Shown here piece by piece: positions 48,001 through 61,600 of a stretch of 64,000 nucleotides of DNA; the first letter of the stretch is position 1, and the number at the start of each line of letters is the position of its first letter. A model generated the notes under the pieces. It was not told the DNA's origin. It worked only from the letters and a program-made list of their open reading frames with translations, and did no database searches. The stretch is from Laetmonice hystrix (taxonomy: Eukaryota): positions 19,406,001 to 19,470,000 of the forward strand of contig OZ249440.1 in the NCBI GenBank assembly GCA_965235115.1, in the 5' to 3' direction. Both the position numbers and the translations under genes were made by a program.

Positions 48001-48252
48001 GTGACACGTAGCGACCCCTGTGGAGAGACCGATCGGTATGGCACCATAAAACCACAGTCACCCGCCGAGAACACAACACTTGTGGAATCCGCCAAACCAA
48101 CCGAGACCACAGAGCCTGCAGAGAGGGCAGGCAATCCAATTGGCGCGGCGGACCTTCCAGTTACAGGCCGGTCCGAAACGGTCAGCGAAGCCCGACCCCA
48201 GAATCCATCGATGGCAGTAGTGTTCAACAACATCGATCACTCTTTTGCATAG
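36230..48252 (+). CDS. Type I membrane protein SP-CUB-LDLa-MAM-MAM-LDLa-TM with two PPxY motifs; ~852 aa
   Basis: 12 phase-consistent exons: 36230-36284, 39374-39733, 40155-40283, 41907-42041, 42301-42447, 42858-43138, 43295-43388, 43643-43744, 44137-44384, 44497-44590, 47199-47321, 47462-48252. CUB ([33 protein letters not shown]), LDLa, MAM1 ([37 protein letters not shown]), MAM2 ([20 protein letters not shown]), LDLa ([15 protein letters not shown]), TM, then PPSY and PPDY. The first exon is the least certain. Confidence 0.85.
38541..38774. repeat. 44-bp tandem repeat x~5
   Basis: Unit gatggcgccaggggttgtgtaggtagttcctatcattgtcgaga. Confidence 0.85.
40640..41906. repeat. 72-bp minisatellite (~17 units) with a 522-bp higher-order duplication
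   Basis: Unit ctccatggtaacggaaagaggagatctagacatactgctgcgctcatgtagattggtcttggtgttatacag. ORFs 40806-41051 and 41328-41573 are identical, as are 40879-41088 and 41401-41610. Confidence 0.92.
44995..46390 (-). mobile_element. 5'-truncated non-LTR retrotransposon (LINE; L2/Crack/Daphne-like or related), antisense in an intron
   Basis: ORF 45179-46390 has the C-terminal half of RT ([30 protein letters not shown]) and a terminal zinc knuckle ([21 protein letters not shown]). The 3' end is AATAAA followed by a (TATC)n tail at 44995-45026. Clade assignment is tentative. Confidence 0.85.
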
Positions 48253-48998
48253 GCTCATTTCGAAATTGCACATGTGCCCAGAACACAAGTCATTTAGCAG
48301 ATATTTCAGCCAGTGCAGTATAGGCCTATATGGATTCGTAGAGGTTTCGCCCATTAATCATGAGGCGAAGAAAGAGAATGTTGAAATTCAACCTTCATCA
48401 AAATCGACTTAAGTGTAAATTTGGATTCGTAAGTCCTATCTACCAATGGGTGTATTTCTGCTAAACATCCTTCTATGAAGCTATCAGTCACATGACAGAA
48501 GGAAGCATGTCCATCCAACTGCACTGTAGAGACAACTTGTTTATGTCCATTTCTCGAAACTTGAACTTTTGGACTTGCTTCCTTTTGTCATTTCACGGCA
48601 GTATAGGTCTGATCTATGCATGCCCTGTAAGGGGAGTCCTCATGGGAACTCTTGGAATACATTTATCCGATTAAATCGGAATTATAATTTACTGTTTTAT
48701 TATGATATTACGCGAAGGGGACACGTTAAAATACATGTATGTTACATAATGGTCTATATATCTAGATATTTGGGAGTCTCTCAAGGACTATAACTAACAC
48801 CCGCTTTCAAGTATAATCTACTATATAAAGAAGCAAAAGTGTGCCCAATCTAAATATTAATTAGGCCTAGCTAAGTCAATACATGTACCTATCTAAACTA
48901 TAATATAACTCTCGGGAGGGAAGACGCGATTGCGACAAACTCGTGGATTTCTGTAAAGTTCAAGATTATAGATGTTTATTTGCAATTGTAATAGTCAG

Positions 48999-49575
48999 GT
49001 TCTTATTGATACGACGTGGTAACACAAAGAATTGTAATAATAAAGTTCTTATTGATACGACGTGGTAACACAAAGAATTGTAATAATAAAGTTCTTATTG
49101 ATACGACGTGGTAACACAAAGAATTGTAATAATAAAGTTCTTATTGATACGACGTGGTAACACAAAGAATTGTAATAATAAAGTTCTTATTGATACGACG
49201 TGGTAACACAAAGAATTGTAATAATAAAGTTCTTATTGATACGACGTGGTAACACAAAGAATTGTAATAATAAAGTTCTTATTGATACGACGTGGTAACA
49301 AAGAATTGTAATAATAAAGTTCTTATTGATACGACGTGGTAACACAAAGAATTGTAATAATAAAGTTCTTAGTGATACGACGTGGTAACAAAGAATTGTA
49401 ATAATAAAGTTCTTATTGATACGACGTGGTAACACAAAGAATTGTAATAATAAAGTTCTTAGTGATACGACGTGGTAACACAAAGAATTGTAATAATAAA
49501 GTTCTTATTGATACGACGTGGTAACACAAAGAATGAATTGTAATAATAAAGTTCTTACTGAGACGACGTAGTAAC
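48999..49575. repeat. 46-bp minisatellite, ~12 copies
   Basis: Unit gttcttattgatacgacgtggtaacacaaagaattgtaataataaa. Confidence 0.92.
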
Positions 49576-50753
49576 AGGAGTGAATGAACAGGTGTTAAAC
49601 ACTGTAGACATGGACAAAACGATACAAGGATATAGGGAGATCAAACATCTATCCTGAGTCCGTATACAGGCCTCCAGTGGCTCTTTGATTTGATATGTTT
49701 ATTGACCTTAATGCTTAAGTGAAAAAGGAATTATTATAATGTATGTACAGTGTAATAATTCAGAATTCACAAGAGAAGGAATCGGGATGAAGGACTTAAA
49801 TTTGAACGCCTTTATGAATGATTCATTGATGTTCAATGAAGAATCTTTTATTTTGAGGGTTGAAGTCATTGTTAGGAATTAAAATTCGATAACACTGTTG
49901 AAAGTGAATAGCCAACAAAATTTTTCACAACAGAAGTATGACACATTAGGCTCTGATAAAAATATATATCTGTCATATATATTAACCAATTTAATCATGC
50001 CAGCGTATATAATATACACTTTTCGCTCAGCCAATAAAACATGCACACCATCAACAAATACATGTATAGAGCTTATATTTTACGAAATTATTTTTCGGAA
50101 AATTAAACCATTCGGGACAAGATAATGTGTGCAACTACATTTGAAGGCTAGGTAAAGGGGATTGCAGCAACTGTGGAAAACGACATATGAAAACAACGTC
50201 CCGTCGAAGGAAAGAATTGGCACATAAAGGTAGGACAGATATTGGTAACAACTGACCGGGAAGTAATAACAACAGTACATAAAGCGCTGTATATAAGCAA
50301 CTTTGAACCGACAACATGGATTATGTTTTACTGACAACAAATATGAAAGCTGTGTGGTATATACACAGTCTATAGAGGCTGTCGAAATATTAGTGATGAA
50401 AGATTTCGCTACCTCAATGCAGAACGGTCGTACGTAACAATGTCATGAAAATGAGTTGGCATTTTGGGACAGTTAAAACTTCAGAGAAGTTGTCTTTGCA
50501 TAATACTGCAGTTAATACATTTGATGAAAAGGTTAAAGTGTAAATGTTTTCATTAGCTCAGCCGAGAAAGGTCGAACCTTTCTGCACTGAGGTAGCGATT
50601 TGCCCCCTCCCATCCATTGGTATTCGATATGAACGAGTATAAAGCACTCACAATATGATTGCCGTAAAGGAAGACGTAAATTACTCTTCAGCTCGGGGCT
50701 ACTTTTCCTCTCCACGGAGACATTTCTTTTACGGCTCTACCTTTATATACATA

Positions 50754-50833
50754 GTGGGTTACGTGAAGTAACCGTGGGTTACGTGAAGTAACCGTGGGTT
50801 ACGTGAAGTAACCGTGGGTTACGTGAAGTAACC
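50754..50833. repeat. Perfect 20-bp tandem repeat x4 with internal palindrome
   Basis: gtgggttacgtgaagtaacc x4; ggttac/gtaacc are reverse complements. Confidence 0.9.
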
Positions 50834-51477
50834 TCTACCCCGTTCTAAACCCCCCGCCCACATTGTTTACATGCGTAGACACTATACGTACAAAATATGT
50901 AGACTACTCCCTACAGTCGCATCGAAACGAGAAATAAAACAATGCACATACAGCCGCTCGCACGGATAAAACAATGCCTTATTCTTAGGCTGCCAATTAG
51001 CACACTAAGTGTATCCATATGAAGTATGTGGTAAATGAAGTTATGCTGCGAAAGCTCTTCAAAAATAAAGCTATAATGACGGATGCTTCATATACATGCG
51101 ATAGTTCGTGCGAAAAAGTGCGCTATCCTCAGGGCATACTTTGACTGAGAGGTACATTATACTGATTAGCTTGTCTTCATAACATAGCATTCAGGATGTA
51201 GGCGTGCAGTTTCTTGTTCGCACTGGAAAGGAAGCCCTTATTTTGTATGTCGGGGGCGAACGTTCTTGTATGCGTCGGGAGTAAAAGGAGGCTTACTTAT
51301 CTATATCATGGCCTTACCCTTGACGTTTAATGTTTTAACCAGAGAAGACAGTTCTGCCCTGTGACCGCGCTAATCGACAAGTCTAAAGAGTTTCCAGTGA
51401 CTGTTAATTACAGCAGAATAGCACCAAAGAGTTATAAAGTATATACAGACCGGGGCCATGCTATTATTACCTTTTAT

Positions 51478-53731
51478 TTATACCTCACTATGTATTCCTC
51501 CTGGCACGTGGCCAAAGTCGGACGTGCTGCCTTCAAAGCTGGAGGTGTGGCCATTGGACATCGCCTGAACAAATTCAAAATCGGGGTGATCCTGAGCCCC
51601 TACCCCCGTCAGGGAGAGGTACGGTAGGAGAGACCCACTTCCCGTTAAGGATTTCCTCTGAAGCGGGGCGTCGTCAGACCTCCTAGATGGGGGTGTCTGT
51701 TGTTGCCCCTGGTATGAATAGGGTGGACAGGCCGGACCGCCATGTTGATAGCCTCGATTTGGATCCCAGTTAGGATGACGTAACGTGTCAGGCCGAAGGG
51801 CAATCTCTTCTTGACTGTTGTAAGACGGTGGCCCTCGACTTGATTCCATGTATGGATTTGGTTTGTCATAATCTTCTTTGTTTTTGGGCTGATAGGCGGG
51901 TCCCTTACTGGGAATGTACTTCACCTTTGTGTTGTCGTACGGGTTTACTTTGACTGGGGCAGACGTCGCGGTAATCGTTCCGTTTCTCCGATAGCCTCCC
52001 AAGTCTTCGTAGGATGGACGGAGTGAGTCGGGCATGGTAAAACCGGGATTAGCCGTGCCGACTTCGGAAGAGTCATGGGAACGGTTGGGGTCGCTGGCGC
52101 CGAACAACGCTGTTTTGTTCCGTCTCTCGTGGTCCTTGACAGTCAAAAGTCGCTCATTACGTTTCCGTTTCGTTTGCCGCCTGTTGCGAATGACGAGGTT
52201 GGCGATAATGAGGGCGATGACGATTAGGAAGAGAATGGCGCAGATAACGCTTCCGGCGATGAGCCCAGCCGGGACGGGCGCGGCAGTCGGGTCGAGTATC
52301 GGCTTATTGCCGCCACCCCCATCACCTGTAACAGTCAGTTTGAGAATGGTGGTACAATGTATAGGATAATACTGAACAGATACTAAATGACTTATGGGAA
52401 GGGGTCAATCTCGATTATTAAAGGCTTATAGTCTAGGCCTATAGATCTACATGACAGTGAGAGATGACTTCGTTCAAACCACCTAGAGCTGGGTTCAGCC
52501 CCACACCGCTTCAAGTTTATGCTTCTGCAATCGGCCTATACATGGAGGGATGTTAACGATAACTCCGGGCGCTGTTTTCTGGTTTTGATAGGGCGACGGG
52601 GGCAGATTAGCAGGCTGAAGGTATAGGCCTACCTACATTAGAAGCCTAATACAAAAACAATTCGACAAAATTTGTCTCCTGTCCCAGAAGACGCGCAAGA
52701 AATAAAACAATGGTGTGGGCGAGGAGAACTAATTAAAGAGGCATATAAAGTACTACAGGTTCATATCGCTCCGATTTGTTCTAAATTGGTGATTGTTTAC
52801 TTATACCAGTGTCGTATTCGGGGGGGGGGGGGGGCAGTCCGCTTCCCTTTTCCCCCCTGATTGTCCCGGTCCGTGCATGAATAATCAGCCATCGATTTGA
52901 AGCAATGGTTAGTTTTGGTATGTAATCGGCAATGGAGTTTATCTTCTCTACAGTGACAAGTATAGTTTACCTGAATCACAGTTTGCCCTGAAGTTTTCAT
53001 CTGAATTGTCGGGACAAGTTTGGATTCCGTCGCAGACTCCCTCCATGGGCACGCATGCGCCCATGTGACACGTGTACATGCCCTCGGGACATTCTGTCAA
53101 CGAAAGGCAAAAAGGTTATATCCGCGGGCCTTCCTTACAGAGTAACAGGTTATGCTTATCTGGATATCTCTAAAACAAAAACAAACATGTAAACATGCAA
53201 TGACATTGACAGGCTTTTGTTCTCTTAGAGTGCCAATAGAACTATTAAATCAATGTTCATAATCGATAGATATAGAAAAAAAAAACTTTAGAAAATAGCA
53301 AAATAGCAAGAGAACAATACGTAATAGAGTAGACTTCTATGCCTATGACGTCGATACCTTTAACCCCTGAAATCATTGCATGTACCTTGAAATGAATTCA
53401 TTTGGGCCCTGAAATGTTTCTTTACATTGGGATCGATAGTATACCTTTATCAAGTACACTGACGCCACAATTGGTGTCACCTATACACGTTTTACGTCTG
53501 TCCAGTATAGCTGCCATGTTTGTATGTTTGTACATGTGTTACAAAGGTTGCTGGAACGGAGCCATGAACCCCCCCCCCCCTTCCTAAGATTGGGACTGGA
53601 GCATATATGTAAACGCGGAGGCGGGTCACATTACAAAGTCGGCCTACACATTGTTCCATGATGACACAATATTATCATAACGACTCACCTGCTGAGAGGT
53701 CGCTCATATTGTTTGGGAATGTCCAGCACAC
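51478..53731 (-). CDS. 3' part of a single-pass membrane protein with a Tyr/Pro-rich cytoplasmic tail; upstream exons unresolved
   Basis: Terminal exon 52325-51478 encodes GDGGGGNKPILDPT..GLIAGSVICAILFLIVIALIIANLVI-RNRRQTKRKR followed by the 222-aa tail in the track (PPSY, PPY, two NPY). Candidate phase-matched upstream exon 53731-53689 (VCWTFPNNMSDLSA). Confidence 0.7.
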
Positions 53732-56307
53732 CTGTAACAAAACGGGAGACCATGTTCAGTAAATGTCGGTATCTGACTGGGGGTCTACCGGTTACATTAA
53801 ACGGGCACTCTTATCGAGCGTTCCTTCATATCACACATCCTGAGGGTTATTAATAATCCCCGGCAGAGATAAGACAGAGCTTCTGCCGGACTCTTCTGAA
53901 ACGACCTGTTCAGTATCTGAAACATACAGCAGGCCAGACTGGACAATCACTCTCGAATCTAACGGACCTTTTTGCATTGTGTACACATGGCCTACATCTA
54001 ACGATATATGGTTGTATTTGAGGAATAATTAAAAAAGAATGTAGGGGCCTACGTTTTGGTTGACTAAAATATAAACCTCCCGTGTAGCACAGATAGTATG
54101 ATGGTGGCAGTAATACTGCTAACGGATACGATGACTCTATTGAGGTTGTCATAACCAACCGTGACTGCCCTACTTTTTAAAGTGTATCATGGTTGTGGAG
54201 TCTGGCTTTTGTTGTCTGGGTTTCCCACTTAGAAGCTTTGGATGCATCTCCTGAGACGACAGAAAAAGTAGACTCTATGACCGATTACAATGGCGTACAA
54301 ATCTACAACCGTGATCAGACATAGCTGTTACAGACCACACCGACACACCTGAATATGGATGTGGCCGCATGCATAGATATACCACTACTGACCTCATATA
54401 GGTGTACCGCTCATAATGTCACATATACACCTTGTCCTACATCCATGGACATCGACGCCCGGAACCCCACGGGTAGTCAATGTCGACAGCCACTATTAGC
54501 CACTATCACCATGTATAGAGACTGTCCTCGAGATTAACTGACCATGAACTTTCACGTTTTCACTACTCTCACCTTTTGCACTCAATAATCGGCCAATTTA
54601 ATGGCATCCTCTGGGCTGAATGTCCATGTTTACGATCCAGTAAGTTCAAATACTCCAAGCGCACAGGTGCAAAGTTGATGCGGCCTAGTTTTAAGAAGCG
54701 GATTCGAGGTTCAGGTTATAGAGCACGTAGCACACATGAAAGGACGCCCCTGGGTATACATCTAATCGCTGTGACCGGGGACATAATGATAACATACACT
54801 TGAACAATTCCTAGCAACAGACTGTATCATCCTTGGTGAGAGGGGAATGGTAGTCACATGTCACTCAATGATATGACGTTCATGGACGATGGCGGTTCTT
54901 GATAAATTCGCGATTAATCCTGTCCACTAACCGGAGACAGGAGCTTGCGGCATGGTTAGGCTTAATGCTCACATTGAAAATTAATAACGTCACGCCTAAT
55001 ATCTTAACTCCTTGAACTCGGGCAGGTTCTGATGAGATAGGCCTACTTATAACAACATTAAAGTTTTCGAGATTGTAGACTCTATAGGCTTTACCTGAAA
55101 GGTGATAGCGTAAGAAAATACAACAGAGGGAATTCTTTACGCTTAATTTGATAGGCCTTTCGCCACTACCACCGCCGCTCCCTCCCGATATGAAAATAAT
55201 ACCAGTCTGGACATTAACGTGATTGAAGACTCGTGCCTGACCTGCATGGTGTCATGGTCATGTAAGAAAGGAGAACAATGGTAATTCTGAATGCTTACCT
55301 TTATAGTCTCGCTACCACTGCATGCTACCCGTCGGTCTGACACCAAACTCTGCGTCTCATGTCCATAAACGTTACAGTTCAAACATTGTTATGTATTCAA
55401 AGCACGATGTCGTTCTGTTTAAGAAGTTTTCAGGGAGCCAATCGGGGAGTCAGCCCCTCTTCTACTGCAAACCGTTCCCGGGTTCCGGTTTGACCGAATG
55501 ACATTACATTTCTATCTGTGGGCGCGCCTTCCCCTGCGGCTGCTGATGATGATGCCTGGGAAACCCAACATCATTGAATGTCGATCATGCTGTGAAACGC
55601 TCCCGATGTGTAGAAACATAACAGTACGATCTAATGGAGTGACATGGATACATGAAGACTCAGCATGAGACTTTATGTCTCAACATTCCATCCACATGCA
55701 TGTCCATCCACGTCCAGAATCCACCGACGGTTGGCCACGTATGTGTGTGCTGAATCTGATGCATGATTACAACACTGCAGGGTATATGGCCTAGTGATGG
55801 AGATGAGGAAGGGGGGGGGGGGCGACCTGTAGGCCTTAGGTATAGGTGGCTGTGGCCTGTCATGCCAGTGGTTCGAAGGCTGCCATTCCCTCCATCCAGG
55901 AGGCTGCACGCAATCACTATACCAGACGGCCGTGTGTCGAACTGGGGTGCGTTCGGGACTGCACGGCAATCGATCTTATATATAGGGGCTATATGGTGAT
56001 TGCTGCCGCCGGGGCTCAGATGACCCCGCTCAGCCACCCGATATGATGTTAAAACGGCCTTCGAGAGATTCGTTATCTAAAATAAACTACATACAGGGGC
56101 GTAGCCAGGGGGGGCAAAGGGGGCCTTGCCCCCCCCCCCCCCCCCACCAATCAAACTTACCCGAGTAAAGATTGAACTTTCATTACTAAAAGGTATGTCG
56201 CGGATCTCGCCCCCCCCCCCTCAGAAAATCCTGGCTACTGACTCTGACATAGACTATGCACCGATCGAGATCTATAGGGATATGTCTGCCGAAATGACTG
56301 CAGATTT

Positions 56308-56347
56308 GAGAGAGAGAGAGAGAGAAATAGAGAAAGAGAGAGGTATC

Positions 56348-56392
<45 letters not shown>
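56308..56392. repeat. (GA)n microsatellite
   Basis: Direct reading; accounts for the SL-repeat ORFs 56186-56531. Confidence 0.95.
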
Positions 56393-56395
<3 letters not shown>

Positions 56396-56454
56396 TAAGG
56401 ATAGCCGCGTGGTCCAAGGCGCTCCGCTCAGGTCGCACTCCATGTGCGCGTGGG

Positions 56455-58635
56455 TTACACTCTTGGAACAAATTGGAGGTTCTAAGCCTTGATATAGATA
56501 AGGAACCTTCAAAAGTTCTAAATGACACCATTTTAAAGGTTCAACACTCAGAACCCTTAAAGGTTCAATGTTACAATGTTAGAGGTTCAATATGGAACCC
56601 TGAGAAAGGTTCAGAGTGGAGTCGTCAAAGGTTCTCTCCAACAAGAAACCTTTATTTAAGGTTCTTCCGGGAACTTTAAACACAAGGTTCTTTAAAGCAT
56701 CAATCCTTAGACCTTTTATAAAGAACCATTTGTTGTCTATACGTCTGCAGCTTAAGCCAGCTACTCCGCCTGAAAATATCGACTGTCTATACCAAGGAGT
56801 TAACATAACGTCTTCTGGCATGAAAAGGTGGTGTTTCCTAGACAACTGTTGACGAATCACACTTCACATGGGCCTAAAAATGCATCTTTAGAGAATTCGC
56901 TTAATTTTTTCTCAGATTTGGCAAGGTTTAGAAGTAATATTGCTCTAATAATGTGTAAAATTGGTAAATATATTGAAATAATATGTTTAGCATTGTATTT
57001 CAATATGGGTCATAATTTTGAACCATATACAATTGCCTATTTTCAGACTTTCAGCAACTCAGGGTCAAATAAAATGAAACAAAATGCATAAATATGTGAT
57101 TTTCCTTGAAATGTTTCCTATGAATGTCATTGCTCCTCCTTCAACGTGCACAAATATGCTTGTACTGGCCAGGGGATGATTTAAAACGCTAAATACATCT
57201 GTTTTACATAATACTAGGTCATTATTGCAACGTTTGTATGCATAGCTGGTATTGTAATGCGCTACTGGAATTTTTGCATAGTATTCGTCTCGTACGTTCG
57301 CTCATAAAAAAGAGAGCACTTCAGTTTTCACTGTTTAAGGGGCATCGAAGTATTTCTATATCGAAACCGTGTAATCTGACTACCTCCATCTGTTGGCATT
57401 GTATAAATATCGTGTGCTTCTTGAAAGGATGCAAAATAACTGTAAAACATTTCCGTTCGCTACAGATAAATAGTTGTGAAATGTATACACTTCCCCTTTG
57501 AGTATCTTCTCCAAATTCTAACAGCAGATGCCCCTCGCCAATACCTTTCATTTCCGCAACCTCACTGTACTGTTTGCTTGGGTACTAGGCCAGCCAGTAC
57601 CATGTAGGGACTCCATTACTGTACTGTTTGGCATCCCTTACTGCTGGCCTCACTGTAGGCCTACTATTTGGCCTCACTGCACTGTTTGGCCTCACTGTAC
57701 TGTTTGCTTCCGTACAACGTTACGGTAGTCAGTAATGTAGGGACGCCTCATTGTACTGTTTGGCCTCACTGTAGGCCTACTGTTTGGCCTCACTGTACTG
57801 TTTGGCCTCACTGGTTACATAGGGGCCTAATCATTACAGTTGGGTCGGGTATAGGGCCCTAATCACTAGTCAGGTGGGGTACATACGGTCCTAATTACTA
57901 CAGTCAGGTGGGGGTATATAGGGCCCTATAATCACTACAATCCGGTGGGGTATATAGGTTCCTACTCACTACAGGCAGGTGTCGTATGCTAAACTTTTTT
58001 TTTCAATATATTTATCAATTGTAATAATAAATGGCAAATGGCACCTGTTCAAACGTGTGCCTCACCTTTTCAAACATAGAGGGCGACACTGTTACTGATG
58101 CTCTAGAATGAAAGCCAAACAGGTCTACTTCACCATCTCAAACATAGATGGCTCCACTGTCACCCATCATCGAGGGCATTCGGAAAACCTCGGCCCAACT
58201 TCCGGTCGCTTCGCTAGTTGCCCGAACAGTCCCGAGGTGGGCCGAATGCATCTATATGGGCTGTGAGAAAAACCAGTACACCGCACTGAGGGGTATGCGC
58301 AGTGAAAGGGTTAAATAATGCTTATCAGACTATAATAAGCAGTTTCTCTGCAGTAGTCAAAAGTGTCAAGATCCTTAAATTAATGTTGATCAAACAACCT
58401 TCGTCTGAGTCAATAACGTATCTGAGTCAATAAGGTCTAAAGAAAAGGTTCAATGTGGAACTTTACCTTGATAACAGGAACCTTTTTACTCCACGTTACT
58501 CCACGTTCCAGGTGGAACCTAGCTTTTCTATACAAGGAACCCTTCTCCTCCGTATAGAACCTTTGGTACCATGTGAAACCTAACTTTCCTACAAGGGACC
58601 CTTTTACCTCGTATAGAACCCTATTTCTAATAGTA
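56455..58635. repeat. Two oppositely oriented arms rich in ggttc/gaacc motifs (56455-56700 and 58430-58635); possible non-autonomous DNA transposon
   Basis: The left arm starts tacactcttggaacaaattggaggttct; the right arm ends agaaccctatttctaatagtag. Many aggttc/gaacct submotifs in each. Confidence 0.45.
57560..57965. repeat. Degenerate short tandem repeats (actgtactgtttggcctc units, then ~35-bp ctaatcactacagtcaggtgggg units)
   Basis: Direct reading. Confidence 0.7.
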
Positions 58636-61600
58636 GGCCTAATTATACACTTCTGACATTTTTCTAAAAACAAATCAATGAATTCAGTTACAGCTCGAGG
58701 AACAAAATCGAATGCGAGTATGAAAATATTCAATTATAAAAGACTCTAAAAACCAATACCTACTCTTAACGATAACCCTGGCACCTGACCCTAAGGCCTA
58801 CATGCCAGACAATATAGTATTTTTATTTTTAGTATTTTTAGTGAAGAGGTCTATCTTTAGCAGGTCCATGATCATTTATTCCAGCTATCTCATGGTGGCC
58901 TACAGATAACAGGCTCGAATCCACAGTATTGCTCCAGTGTTTTGATCCGATGTAGAGCGAATAAAGCACGAGAAGAATCACCACCGTATAGTGCTGCCAC
59001 CGTTGGCCTAAATTGTAACTAAGTCAGGAAGCCTAGACAGAGGAATCTTTCTCTCTCGGAAAATTTAGTAGGCCCCAATGGAGACCGAAAATTGGGATGA
59101 TTGATACAACCCCAGAGGATTGATCAGATTCAGGGTTGTATCTTAATGATGACCCAGCATTATTTAAAAGGTAAATGTTGGTGAATAGCTGGTGCCAACC
59201 GACATTTCACACGGGAATCGAACCAGGAAAACAGTAGCAAGAGACAATTTTCTAGACCCTTAGACCCTTAGAAACTCCTTGTTAAAGTAAGAGCTATATC
59301 TTTAGCAGGTCCATTGTCATTTGTTCTAGTGATCTTAGGTGGCCTAAACGTAACCGACTCGAATCCCAGCGTTGCTCGCGTGTTTTTGCTCTTGTTTATT
59401 TGGCACCACATTATTTTATTCTTGGAGTGTTTCGGCAGTTTGACAGTTATCTTCGATTGAAAGGCATTTCTTTTCTCTTCAGAGAAATGATACGTATGAT
59501 TTCTGGTTAACTGTAATGATAAATGTCCTAGATTGCTTCATGCGGATCCGATCCGCTGTCGATCTATTCAAGCACAATGAGTTTTACGACCGCACGGTCT
59601 CTCTTTCATACAGGCAAAGCTACGCTACTTCCATTTCTTTACACGTCAGTGAGTCGCAAAACAAAAGACCCAAGAATAGAGCGTCTAACAATAGTCTATC
59701 CCTGCGACTGGAACACTTATTTGCATATCAAATAGGTATCAAGACATGGACACGTGACTAGAGAGGGCGCTCACATCGCAATTTTGCTGGCTGGTTCAGA
59801 AAACATCTGTTTATGTTCAATAAAACAAATTTTACGGACGTAAAACGTCAATCAAAATTAGGTTTTAATCTTTACTTAAGACCTGTAGTACTTGAATACG
59901 TTTAATATCGGCGGAACTTTGTCTTTATCCTAGCATAACGTTAAGTATATGCGCACACCCTTTCTGTGGTCCTAGACCTGTAGGGGGATATATAAAGCAA
60001 TTCGCACCACCGTATGAATGTAGGGAACTGCGAGGCACCGGTCTCCACGTACCTGACAGTACGAAGAGTTCGGCTCGGTTGGTGTGTGTCCACTTGGAGA
60101 GGTGAGGGTGTAACTCGGCGATAGGTGGACACAACTCTTCTAAAGGGATCTAGCAATAGAACCCGTACCCCGTCAGTGGGCTCAATCTGCGGCAAGGTTC
60201 CAAATCAGTTGTCTCTCAATGGGTTATCGTGTGTTCTCCAGACGCCAGATCTTCGAACGGTATAGGACTTGGACCAAGCCCCATGATCAGTTCCCCTTTT
60301 TGTGGTACTCTCAATTTTTAGTTACTCTCAGCTCGATACAAGTGATAATAAAAAGTGTCCTGAGACACTCTAGCCCCAGAACTTGATTCCTCCGTGATCA
60401 TCTCAGGTGCAATCGGTCGCTGGAATAGCTCACAATACACAAGAGTATTTTGACCCAAGCTTCTGATTCCCGATTCTCTGTGGCAGTCTAAGCATAAATC
60501 AAGTATAAGGAAAACTATCGTGAGATATCTCGTATCGTTTGTTGTATCGTGATACGTATCGTATCGTGGCACAAGTGTATCGTTTCAGCCCTACTAAATC
60601 CCACAAAACGAAACGCCATATTTTTTAATCGATCTCTTGCAGACCGGCAGAAGACAATGCCTTTAGAAGGTCTTCCTATAGCTTGCCCCAGCTGAACACC
60701 TCAGACTCGCACTGGCCACGGTAAAACTGGACTTCACACGGAAGGTCAATAGAAAATAACCACTCGTGTCCACTTATTGCCCAATAGAATTAGCCAAATG
60801 GTTGGAAATGAAAGGAGTTCCTTGAAGTTTGTCGAATTGTGGGTGGAGGCGTGGTGGGGGTTATGGTCAGTGGCTCCTTCTACGGAGAGAAGAGAACGTT
60901 CACACAGGTCAGGTGAGATGCCTGACAAAGATATGACGGCGAATTTGTCTAAAAGATGTACGTTGTGTATGTCCTGTCCATCCTCACTTGCCGCAAAGAC
61001 CTCTTTGGCTCCGCGACCAGTTCACCGACGTCTTTCAAGCTTAGTGAAACGCACCCCAGGTGTCAATATCAGGGTCAATATTGGGGATCTATAGGCCCAA
61101 TATTAATTTTTTTAAACTGGAAATCCTAGGGGGCAGCTCCCCCCTCCCCCCAGCTACGGCCCTAGACAGGTCGAGCGTCGAAGGCGCGAAGCCCTGCTAG
61201 GGGGGTCCGGGACATCCCCGAAATTTTTTTAAATTAAGGTGCAATTTGGTGCATTTTGGAGCAAAAAATGCTGTATTAAATTAGTGACCAGCAAAAACAA
61301 AAAAAAAGGCTCGAAGGGGGGTGGCTAGCCACCCTATTCACCCCCTGGATCCGCCCCATGTACCGCGTTTTTTTCCGGGGGGGGGGGGGGCACCAGGCCT
61401 GGGCAAGCGCTGGAGGTAGAATTTCCTGGAAAATTTGAAAGGGTGAGGGGGGGGGCGTGCCTCCAAAGCCCCCCCCCCCCCGTTGGATCCGCCACTGTAC
61501 ACTGACACATTGTCGCACCTTTACTCAATTTTCACCACGGTACGAATAACATGCCTGAAAAAAGAACACATTCTCAAAAAGGGGAAACTAGAAAGGTTAG

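Noticed and set aside
16276-50833. CRISPR-like appearance of the regular arrays (16.3, 22.4, 40.6, 49.0 and 50.8 kb)
   Set aside because: Units are head-to-tail with no unique spacers, there are no cas genes, and the context is eukaryotic; the ORFs they generate are artefacts of periodicity.
53900-55700. Possible ectodomain exons of the minus-strand TM gene
   Set aside because: Candidate frames are interrupted by stops or lack acceptors; no consistent model or recognisable domain could be built.
58840-59390. Two degenerate ~100-bp direct copies containing a B-box-like ctcgaatcc (possible tRNA or SINE)
   Set aside because: No correctly spaced A box and no cloverleaf; only an old local duplication is supported.
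59925-61094. Short ORFs and a TIR-like end (agcttagtgaaacgcacccc, ~61040-61060)
   Set aside because: No partner TIR or recognisable protein motif in the window.
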